A program made the translations under genes and the position numbers. A stretch of DNA of 64,000 bases, taken from the sequence record MK817115.1, one strand, 5' to 3'. This DNA is from Escherichia phage vB_EcoM_phAPEC6. A model generated the notes under the pieces. That model was not told the origin of the DNA. It ran no database searches and saw nothing but the letters and a program-made list of their open reading frames with translations. Positions 9,564 to 19,701 of this stretch are shown piece by piece. Position 1 is the first letter of the stretch, and every line of letters starts with the position of its first letter.

Positions 9564-10889
9564 TTAGCCAAGAGAGCGTGCTTTACGTACAAGTTCAGAG
9601 TACTTAGCGATGAAATCTTTAAACGCTGGTACATCTTTAATGGAAATCGCAACCTTATGAAGCGTGATGGTACGAATTGCCAGTACTGCCAGTTCTGCTT
9701 GAGTTGCAGAGAAGTTATGGTCTAGGAAGGTGATGAAGTTGTTACACAGTTTACCCCATTCTTCCACTGGTAGACGTTGTTCTTGCTTCTCATTGAACAG
9801 GTCGATAATTTTATAAACCAAGTTCAGAGTGATAAAGTAGTTCGCAGAAATATCCAGCGTTGCGTCGATTTCTTTGATTTCACCAGACAGAATAGACATA
9901 GTATCTGGTAGTTTAGCAACGTTCTCAACGTACTCAATGTATTCAGTTGCAACACCTTCACCAACACGACCAGCAATCATTGCACGGAACACTTCTTTAT
10001 CAATTGTCTTAGTTTTCTTGAGATCTTCGTAGCGTGCTACTGCTTCCCATGAACGTGGAGAAGTACCACCACTGTGAGAAGGATCTTGTGGACTAAGTGT
10101 GTTAAAGTACTTAGAACCAGTGTTGTTGATGAACGCAACAGTTGCTGGGTTCAAACGTTTTGCAATCGCATAATCGTTAATCCAATCTTGATGATAAGGA
10201 ATCATCTCAATGTGAGTCATACGGTCACGCAGTGGTGTAGCAAGAGAGAAAGTTACACCGCCATCAGTTTCACGGTTACCTGCTGCAAGAATCAGTGCAG
10301 TCTTAGGTAGCTTCATCTCACCAACACAACGGTCGAGGATTAGCTGATAAGACGCTGCCTGAACAATAGGCATTGCAGAGTTAATTTCGTCAAACAGAAT
10401 AACACCTTTCCAATCTTCGGACAATTTCAGAACTTTAGGTGCAGCCCATACTACCGCAGTTTCAGCTACATAATCTTTTGCTTCGGCAAGCTCAGATTCT
10501 TTCAGAAGAGAACCGTCAGTTTTACGGAAAAGCTTCTCTGGTACTGGAATACCGCGAAGGTCACTTGGTTCGATTTGAGACAAACGGAAATCGATAAAGT
10601 TAGTATCTTGGTCGATTAGTTTTGCTTCAAATGCAGCCAGTTCACGGCGTAGCTGATCAGCATTTTCAGGGTCAGCTTCGATTTGTTGTTTCATGAACTC
10701 GATTTTAGCTACGTTATCTTTACGCAGTGGGTAATTTTCATCAGCGTATTGACGAGCGATTGCAGACTTACCGATACCTGGGCTACCCCAAATCATCAGG
10801 CTATCTTGAATCATGTCAGCTAGTGCCATTGCTTCTTTAGCTTTCTTTGGAGTCAGTTTAACGTTCAGGATATCGTTTTGAGTAGTCAT
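9564..10889 (-). CDS. MoxR-like AAA+ ATPase
   Basis: Walker A GSPGIGKS; Walker B ILFDEIN; adjacent to VWA partner as in MoxR/VWA pairs. Confidence 0.75.
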   Translation of the reverse strand: MTTQNDILNVKLTPKKAKEAMALADMIQDSLMIWGSPGIGKSAIARQYADENYPLRKDNVAKIEFMKQQIEADPENADQLRRELAAFEAKLIDQDTNFIDFRLSQIEPSDLRGIPVPEKLFRKTDGSLLKESELAEAKDYVAETAVVWAAPKVLKLSEDWKGVILFDEINSAMPIVQAASYQLILDRCVGEMKLPKTALILAAGNRETDGGVTFSLATPLRDRMTHIEMIPYHQDWINDYAIAKRLNPATVAFINNTGSKYFNTLSPQDPSHSGGTSPRSWEAVARYEDLKKTKTIDKEVFRAMIAGRVGEGVATEYIEYVENVAKLPDTMSILSGEIKEIDATLDISANYFITLNLVYKIIDLFNEKQEQRLPVEEWGKLCNNFITFLDHNFSATQAELAVLAIRTITLHKVAISIKDVPAFKDFIAKYSELVRKARSLG

Positions 10890-10957
10890 GTATATATTTC
10901 CTTTTGTTGGATAAAATCGTTTAAGTTTCTATTATAGCCAATCCGTGGGCAAAAGTA

Positions 10958-10996
10958 AAGGAACTGTGTTAAAATAATTTAACTTATCAGTTCCTT
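10958..10996 (-). promoter_or_regulatory. Hairpin in long 5' leader upstream of MoxR gene
   Basis: 9-bp stem AAGGAACTG / CAGTTCCTT with 21-nt loop, U-rich 3' flank on minus strand. Confidence 0.3.
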
Positions 10997-11058
10997 TGTT
11001 ACTTCATGAATCATCCGTGTGTTTAAAAGGTAAATCTCTTTGCTGTCTTGATGTGAAC

Positions 11059-11086
11059 ATTATATCACATCGTTTCAACTTGTCAA
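11059..11086 (-). promoter_or_regulatory. Sigma70-type early promoter P1: TTGACA, 16-nt spacer, TGaTATAAT
   Basis: Read directly on minus strand: TTGACAagttgaaacgatgTGaTATAAT; consensus hexamers plus extended -10 TG. Confidence 0.6.
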
Positions 11087-11152
11087 TCACTTTTTTTCTT
11101 TTTTTTTCAAACTCACATCTTGTGTCGCTTGAAAACTTTATGTCTGATGCTT

Positions 11153-11180
11153 ATTGTATCACATCATTCTATCTTGTCAA
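11153..11180 (-). promoter_or_regulatory. Sigma70-type early promoter P2: TTGACA, 16-nt spacer, TGaTACAAT
   Basis: Minus strand TTGACAagatagaatgatgTGaTACAAT; near-identical architecture to P1, about 95 bp apart. Confidence 0.55.
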
Positions 11181-11204
11181 CATTTATTTTTAATTCATTT
11201 TTTC

Positions 11205-11585
11205 TTACATATGAATAGAAAATAACTGTTTAAAATCGTCACAACACAATGTTAATTCAGTTATTATCATTGCATCTGTCAGATATATGTACTGACCTTC
11301 AACATAATAAGGTGAAGTACATATTCTGTCAAGTGATGTAAACATTATAGAACTTTTAAATTCTCTTTGCAAGGGGATTTTTGTAAATTCATAAAGATTA
11401 TTTTCTTTACAAATTCCATACCCAAACTTGCTAAGACGTAAACCACCGCCAGTTCTGAAATTTTCAAAAATTGACATCAGAAGCATACGGTCTGTTATTT
11501 CTGAATCTGATTCATGTACTTCCCTAACTTTGGAAAGTACATTATTTTGATATTCAGTACTGTTATGTGATGGTTCTGGAAACAT
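11205..11585 (-). CDS. Hypothetical protein
   Basis: 126-aa ORF. Confidence 0.4.
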   Translation of the reverse strand: MFPEPSHNSTEYQNNVLSKVREVHESDSEITDRMLLMSIFENFRTGGGLRLSKFGYGICKENNLYEFTKIPLQREFKSSIMFTSLDRICTSPYYVEGQYIYLTDAMIITELTLCCDDFKQLFSIHM

Positions 11586-11588
11586 ATA

Positions 11589-11984
11589 TTAGTCTCCAAC
11601 AAAACCTTGACGTGCAGCATATGATGGTGCACCAGGCTCATTATAGTGTTGTACGCCTTCTTTGTCAATTGTTGGTCCCATACCTTCAGTTCCAAAACAA
11701 CCTGCAATGGCTTCCAACACTTCTTCATCAGCAACTTCAGTACTTTCATCATTATATCGAATGTCAGACAAAATGTCACAGGCTTTTTGTAGTTTATCTA
11801 CAATTTCTTTTTGGTCTTCACCAGATTTAATCTTATCAACAATATCAATAAGACATTTGGTAATATCCTTAAGAACATCAACTGCTACAACATCGGATTC
11901 AACTTCAACTGAAAAACTTTCGTCTTCATCTCTTCCGGTAATTTCGTCTAACGCTTCAACTAGTTCACGATAATTATATTGCAT
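11589..11984 (-). CDS. Hypothetical acidic protein
   Basis: 131 aa, D/E-rich. Confidence 0.45.
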   Translation of the reverse strand: MQYNYRELVEALDEITGRDEDESFSVEVESDVVAVDVLKDITKCLIDIVDKIKSGEDQKEIVDKLQKACDILSDIRYNDESTEVADEEVLEAIAGCFGTEGMGPTIDKEGVQHYNEPGAPSYAARQGFVGD

Positions 11985-11985
11985 A

Positions 11986-12966
11986 TTATTTGTCTCCTAA
12001 AAATTTCTTGTATTTTTCTTGGAGACTTTCAAAAATATCTTCTACTTCTTCATCAGAATCATCTTCCAAGTCAATGTTACCTTCAGGTGAATCATCTTCT
12101 TCACTTTCATTAACATTTAGTGGGTTATCTCCTAATGCAGTGCCTGGGAATTTTGGTTCAAATTTATGAACACGATTTTCGTTCCCTTCATTATCATAAT
12201 ACTCAGGTTCTGGACGATTGTCAAGATCTTCATCTACAACACGTCTCCAATAAAATTGATTGCCTTTTGCAATTACAACAAAATGGTCACCTTCAACACC
12301 ATTAGTCTTTAGTTGACCATCACGAACGGCATCAGCTTCTGTTTCATATGGACCATAATCAGTACTGTTAGATGGTTCTTCATCTTCAGAGATACTTAGA
12401 TCTGGTAGAAATTGGGTATCTTTCATTTCTTTATCGGTAGCAGGATTACCCTCTACTGAAAAATCTTCGTCTTCTTCTTCGTTAATACCAGCAAGAGATA
12501 GCATACGACTAAAATCGAATTCTTCTTCAATAATTTCTTCTTCTTCCTCATCGTCTTCTTCAACTGATTCTAGTTGAGGTTGACCACTAAGGTCAAGAGA
12601 AAAATCTTCTTCACCTTCTACACCTGGTTCTGAAAATTCAGCATCCATACTAACTTCATCTGTGTCAGCACCAAAATCACCAACATCAGCGGAAAGATCA
12701 TCAACTGCCGCTGCTAGTGGGTCTTCAACTGAAGTTTCAATTCCACCAATTTCTTCTTCAGCACCAATAGAATCGAGATCTAGTGGAGCAATAGGTGGAA
12801 GAGATGGAGTCATAGACCCCATAGATGGTACTGGAGCAGCAACTACTGGGTCTTGGCGTTCAGCTTGACCAGCAAGAGCTAACATACGTGATAGAGTTTC
12901 CAAATCATCAGATTCTAAACCTGCGATATCGATTTTAACTTGTGCTTCATTAATTTTTTTAGCCAT
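11986..12966 (-). CDS. Highly acidic, low-complexity protein (scaffold-like or DNA-mimic-like)
   Basis: 326 aa with long D/E runs (EEDDEEEEEIIEEEFDF). Confidence 0.5.
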   Translation of the reverse strand: MAKKINEAQVKIDIAGLESDDLETLSRMLALAGQAERQDPVVAAPVPSMGSMTPSLPPIAPLDLDSIGAEEEIGGIETSVEDPLAAAVDDLSADVGDFGADTDEVSMDAEFSEPGVEGEEDFSLDLSGQPQLESVEEDDEEEEEIIEEEFDFSRMLSLAGINEEEDEDFSVEGNPATDKEMKDTQFLPDLSISEDEEPSNSTDYGPYETEADAVRDGQLKTNGVEGDHFVVIAKGNQFYWRRVVDEDLDNRPEPEYYDNEGNENRVHKFEPKFPGTALGDNPLNVNESEEDDSPEGNIDLEDDSDEEVEDIFESLQEKYKKFLGDK

Positions 12967-12988
12967 TTTAAATAAATCCTTTTAGTTA

Positions 12989-14506
12989 TCAATCATTATT
13001 ATTTAATGATTTTAAAATTTGCACTGTTTCATCCTTTTTACCTGAAAGTAAAATGTCAGCAGCAAGTAGAGAAACCTCATCACCACGAGTTAGTAGTACT
13101 GTGATTTTTTTAGCATAAGGTGACTCTTTAATTTTAGAAGCTAATGATTGTACATCATCACCAGCAATTGTTTCAGATTTAGTTTCTGGTTCAGAAACTT
13201 CGTCTGGTTTTTGTTCAGATTCTGGTTCTTTCTTAGGTTCTTCTTTTGATTGAATTTGCTCAGTACCAGAGTCTACTTCAGGTGTTTCATCACTTTTAAC
13301 TTCTTTATCTTGTTCATATTTGGCAAGTAATTTAGCAGCAGTTGCTTTTGGTATAAACTTACCATCAGCACTAATGAATCTGTCACCACCAACATACGAA
13401 TATTCTTTGCCTTGTTTGGATTTAACTTTTGTACCGATTTTCATAGCACCGGAATTGTTATGACGGAAAATATCACGCTGTGCTGCTCGTTCAACACTTT
13501 TAGAAGCACTTGTGTTAAGTTGCTTTTTACTTTCGATATCATACCACAAGTTATTTTTCTTAGCGTATGTTTTTCCTTTAGAAGAAGTCATTCTATAACC
13601 GTCAGGAACAGTAATGCTTTCAAATTCTTCAATTTCTTCATCTGCTTCATTAATTGATTCTTTAGTTGCAAATACTGGCTGTTTAGCAGGTTGTGAAGCT
13701 TGTTGTGGCTTTTCACCTGAACCAAAACGTTGCTCACTATGTTCTTGTTCACCCGTTAATGTTGGAAAATCACTTGGGTTATTCTTAACAAATTGCTGAT
13801 ATGCATTAATAATTGCATGTGCATTTTGTTCTGGAATTACTACATTACCATCATTATCACAAAATTCTTTACCATTCCACTCACAACGTGTATTGCCTTG
13901 AACTAAGGTTGATTTGATTGGAATTAGTTTATTTTTAGAAGCTAACTGACGAGCAATACGCATACCTTCATCTGATAGTTTACGGGTCATTGCTGGATCA
14001 ACTGCTCGTCCTGATTTCATATCAACAAAACGGTGATTCTTTGGCACAAATTTAAAACCACTTACTTCCATACCTGCTGGAATTGATATATCATCAGCAT
14101 ATGGTGGAAGAATGTAAAATTTTAATGCATTCCATTCTTTTTGTAGTGTTTCTTTAGAAACATTATATACTCGATGATCATCTGCCATTAATTCAGTGAT
14201 GAATTCACTTTCAGTTAATAGAATTCCATCTTTTGAATTGAAACGGTTTTCACCAATAAATGTACACTCTTTACCTTCAACAATATATTTGTTACCAATC
14301 TTATATTCATTTGAAGCTAGATTGTGCTCGACAATCTGTTGTCGAGCACTTGCGTACATGGATGGGTATTTTCTAGGGTCTACCATTAACATATTATTGT
14401 CATTGAACCAGAATCCTTCAAGAAATACATATTTTGCACCAGTATGTGACGTATATACATATCCATTAGGAACTGTGGTAGTTTCAGTACTGAAAAAATT
14501 ATCCAT
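12989..14506 (-). CDS. Hypothetical protein with internal duplicated segment
   Basis: 505 aa; PNGYVYTSHTGAKYVF and PDGYRMTSSKGKTYAK segments suggest internal repeat. Confidence 0.5.
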   Translation of the reverse strand: MDNFFSTETTTVPNGYVYTSHTGAKYVFLEGFWFNDNNMLMVDPRKYPSMYASARQQIVEHNLASNEYKIGNKYIVEGKECTFIGENRFNSKDGILLTESEFITELMADDHRVYNVSKETLQKEWNALKFYILPPYADDISIPAGMEVSGFKFVPKNHRFVDMKSGRAVDPAMTRKLSDEGMRIARQLASKNKLIPIKSTLVQGNTRCEWNGKEFCDNDGNVVIPEQNAHAIINAYQQFVKNNPSDFPTLTGEQEHSEQRFGSGEKPQQASQPAKQPVFATKESINEADEEIEEFESITVPDGYRMTSSKGKTYAKKNNLWYDIESKKQLNTSASKSVERAAQRDIFRHNNSGAMKIGTKVKSKQGKEYSYVGGDRFISADGKFIPKATAAKLLAKYEQDKEVKSDETPEVDSGTEQIQSKEEPKKEPESEQKPDEVSEPETKSETIAGDDVQSLASKIKESPYAKKITVLLTRGDEVSLLAADILLSGKKDETVQILKSLNNND

Positions 14507-14519
14507 GTGTTGATTCTCC

Positions 14520-15062
14520 TTAAGAAAGCATACGTAACAGTTGGTCGCGTTGCTCTGGACTTAATTTTTGTAGAGCATCAGGGATACTGGAACCTTGTGC
14601 TTTTGGTTGTTCTTGTTGTGCTGGTTGCTCAGTTGAGGTCGATTGTGATGGTTGTGATTCTGAACTTTCTTCGCCACCTTGTTGGTCACGGTAGTCATTC
14701 ATTATATCACGAGCAGCATTTAATAGAGCAGTACCTACATCTTTTGGTGTAAAAGAACGACGAGGATTGTTCCCTAAATGTTTAATATCAAGATTGTTAC
14801 CTTTAAAAAACTGTGCCACATCAGCGTAAGGTACTGATGGTTGAGCTTTACCATATTTACGTCCAACATAACGTTTAAACTCTGCCCATAAGCGGTTGGC
14901 TTCAGCACCAACTTCTTGTGCACCTTGTTCAATCTGTCCACTACCAAAAAAGCCTTTTACTTTTCCTTTTGCACTATCAACTGCACTTTGTGAACGACTA
15001 TAAGGACGAGCTTCATTTAACTCATTGTCTTCATAATCTAACATTTCATTAAGTATACTCAT
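14520..15062 (-). CDS. Hypothetical protein
   Basis: 180-aa ORF in late-gene array. Confidence 0.45.
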   Translation of the reverse strand: MSILNEMLDYEDNELNEARPYSRSQSAVDSAKGKVKGFFGSGQIEQGAQEVGAEANRLWAEFKRYVGRKYGKAQPSVPYADVAQFFKGNNLDIKHLGNNPRRSFTPKDVGTALLNAARDIMNDYRDQQGGEESSESQPSQSTSTEQPAQQEQPKAQGSSIPDALQKLSPEQRDQLLRMLS

Positions 15063-15065
15063 GTG

Positions 15066-15602
15066 TTAATCCTTTTTACCAAAACCAGCACTCATATATT
15101 GAGAGTATTTATTGTCTTTTTTCGATGCTTCAATTGCATCATCAACGGCAGTGTTTGCACGTTGTTGTCCAGCTAAGTCATAACTGTCTTCTGGTTTACC
15201 AAAATCCACTCCAATAACTGGTTCATCAACATCATCAAAATCGATATCATCTTCCAAATCAGTCATTTCAATTTGACGAGGTTCATCTTTACTACGAACA
15301 CGAATCAATGCTTCTGTCATGCTTAGTAAATTGCCAATTTCATACATTAGTACATTTGATTGAACGCCACGATGACATTTAAAGTCAAACATCCAAATTT
15401 CACCACAATCTAATTCATAGAAATCTAATGGTTTTTCCATAAAAATTGTTTTCTTTAGTGCTCCAATTTCAAACGCATCATAGCGATCCATTAGTCGCTG
15501 TGTTACTTTACTAAGTTGCTCAGGTGTTGGTTCAACTGCAAACTTAACTCGGTATTCATAAACTGGTTTCTTTTCAGTTAGGATTTGTTGTAATCTATTC
15601 AT
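15066..15602 (-). CDS. Hypothetical protein
   Basis: 178-aa ORF. Confidence 0.45.
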   Translation of the reverse strand: MNRLQQILTEKKPVYEYRVKFAVEPTPEQLSKVTQRLMDRYDAFEIGALKKTIFMEKPLDFYELDCGEIWMFDFKCHRGVQSNVLMYEIGNLLSMTEALIRVRSKDEPRQIEMTDLEDDIDFDDVDEPVIGVDFGKPEDSYDLAGQQRANTAVDDAIEASKKDNKYSQYMSAGFGKKD

Positions 15603-15629
15603 TTTAATAACTCCATAAGGTCGTTTAAG

Positions 15630-17737
<2,108 letters not shown>

Positions 17738-17748
17738 TCATTATCTCC

Positions 17749-18525
17749 TTAAAATCCTACACTACCAAAAACACGATCAATGATATCTAAACCTTGATTG
17801 ACATTTTCAGGTAAAAGTGAATTAATTCTGGTACTATACATTTCTTCAATATTATCAAATTGTATACAATTATCTGGTTTGATAGTAACTACCATTTCAA
17901 CTGGAGAACTTGAGCTATAATCTAATGAATCGTATGATATGTTTTGAATAACACATCCGGTTAAAACAAAGTATTCCATAACACCAGCACTGTTATATGA
18001 AGAACCACCAATAAATTGATCTACTGCATTTACTAAGCCAGAATTATTTGTTGCAGCAGTTGCAGCATCTACTAGAGTATCTCTTCCTAGATTTCCTAGT
18101 GTATCATCTGAGTTACGTCCACTCAACATCTGTATAACCAAACCAAATTTATAAGAACCATAATCTTGGTCATTTCTGGAAGTTATTCTACGTTGAAAGT
18201 CAAGTTGTTTTTGTAATTGTCGTGATAATGCTTTTGCTGATGCATTACCAACTGAATCACGGATAGATATTGTAATTGGTTCCCAATCATGACTACCTAT
18301 ATAGGAAGTATTAGTAGTAAATTGATATAGTTTATGAGTACTAAATGTTACAGTAGGTCTATCAATTTTATCAACATCTAATGCGATGTGATCACGTTCA
18401 TCTATATCAGTACCGAAATTATACACAATAACACGAAACTTGTATTTTGCTTTCGGTTGTAGCATTGAACGATTACGCCCCGATGGTAAAGGAACGCCAT
18501 ATTTATTAATCATGTTATTTGCCAT
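17749..18525 (-). CDS. Putative tail tube protein, paralog 2
   Basis: Paralogous to 18620-19306 (shared YGVPL, QPKAKYKFRVI, RDSVGNASAKAL); position downstream of sheath. Confidence 0.5.
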   Translation of the reverse strand: MANNMINKYGVPLPSGRNRSMLQPKAKYKFRVIVYNFGTDIDERDHIALDVDKIDRPTVTFSTHKLYQFTTNTSYIGSHDWEPITISIRDSVGNASAKALSRQLQKQLDFQRRITSRNDQDYGSYKFGLVIQMLSGRNSDDTLGNLGRDTLVDAATAATNNSGLVNAVDQFIGGSSYNSAGVMEYFVLTGCVIQNISYDSLDYSSSSPVEMVVTIKPDNCIQFDNIEEMYSTRINSLLPENVNQGLDIIDRVFGSVGF

Positions 18526-18570
18526 AGCAACCTCTTTTTATTTTATAAGGCATTATACTTTATTTAGCAT

Positions 18571-18597
18571 AAAAAAAGCCCCGAATAGATTCGAGGC
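18571..18597 (-). terminator. Intrinsic terminator between the two tube paralogs
   Basis: Minus-strand GCCUCGAA-UCUAU-UCGGGGC followed by UUUUUUU. Confidence 0.6.
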
Positions 18598-18619
18598 TAT
18601 ATATTAAGTTTAAATAAAA

Positions 18620-19306
18620 TTAATTTTCGTAGAAGTTACTATCTGGTAGAGTAGTACTACTAATATTAGTTTGTGCACCAGAAATAGAGGTAGCAGTTGA
18701 TGGATTACCGAAGCCACTAACTTCATCACCGAACGCTTCGCCATTTGGACCCAATTTAGCACAACCATCTGGTTGAACAGTCATTGAAATAACTTGTGCT
18801 TCACTTGAGGAATAATCCCAATCACCAAAGTTGCTGGATTCAATAAAGCAACCTTGACATACCCAAGTACTCAATGTTCCTTCAAACAAGTTTGTTGTAT
18901 TTTCACTATTAGAACCATCAAGCTCTTGAATCCACATTTCAAATTTAAATTGTGAATCTGTCATGCGAGATTCTTGACTGTAGTAGTTGAATTCTTTACG
19001 CATTTGGTTGTATAGTGCTTTAGCAGAAGCATTACCTACTGAGTCACGGAAAGCAACATCAATTGTATCCCAAGTGTACTTACCTTTATAGTGTGCAGAA
19101 CTGTTGTAACTATGAACAGTAACATTTTCATGTGATACAGATACTGCCCCAACTGTATTGGTGTCTAGTGTAATCATATTACCATCATCATTAGTACCAA
19201 AACCAAAGAAAATAACACGAAATTTGTATTTTGCTTTTGGTTGTTTCATAGAGATACGACCACCGCCAGCGAGCGGTACGCCATATCGATCAAGCATTGT
19301 AGCCAT
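18620..19306 (-). CDS. Putative tail tube protein, paralog 1
   Basis: Immediately downstream of tail sheath gene; RBS AGGAG; paralog of 17749-18525. Confidence 0.5.
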   Translation of the reverse strand: MATMLDRYGVPLAGGGRISMKQPKAKYKFRVIFFGFGTNDDGNMITLDTNTVGAVSVSHENVTVHSYNSSAHYKGKYTWDTIDVAFRDSVGNASAKALYNQMRKEFNYYSQESRMTDSQFKFEMWIQELDGSNSENTTNLFEGTLSTWVCQGCFIESSNFGDWDYSSSEAQVISMTVQPDGCAKLGPNGEAFGDEVSGFGNPSTATSISGAQTNISSTTLPDSNFYEN

Positions 19307-19668
19307 TTATATTCTCCTATTATGGAATGACATCTTTATATTATTTATCTATCTGGAAGTATATTTTTAATTAACTAAAGTGTCATCAACAGGGAACCAA
19401 TTAATATTAACACAATATAAGTATCTTTTTCGTTTAGTGTGGTCAATATAGTTTACTGATATAGACCATTTTCCATTTGTGTATACTTCGTATTTTTCAA
19501 TTATACCGACAATCTTCCAAATTTTTTAAAAATATATTTAGTATGTGTACTGATTCCAACTGAGTTAAAACTATTTTACTGACATCTTGTATTGTTTTTT
19601 TTAGTATTTCTTCCATATCCATAATGTTCCTTTATAACATCAATATAAAGGTATTTAATTTTAATCAA

Positions 19669-19693
19669 TAAAAAAGGGAACCAAAAGGTTCCC
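19669..19693 (-). terminator. Intrinsic terminator after tail sheath gene
   Basis: Perfect GGGAACC-AAAA-GGTTCCC hairpin flanked by A-run and T-rich sequence. Confidence 0.6.
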
Positions 19694-19701
19694 TTAGTGT
19701 T

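Noticed and set aside
10996-11193. Plus-strand 65-aa ORF in the MoxR upstream leader
   Set aside because: Overlaps the two consensus minus-strand promoters; hydrophobic low-complexity translation typical of AT-rich non-coding sequence
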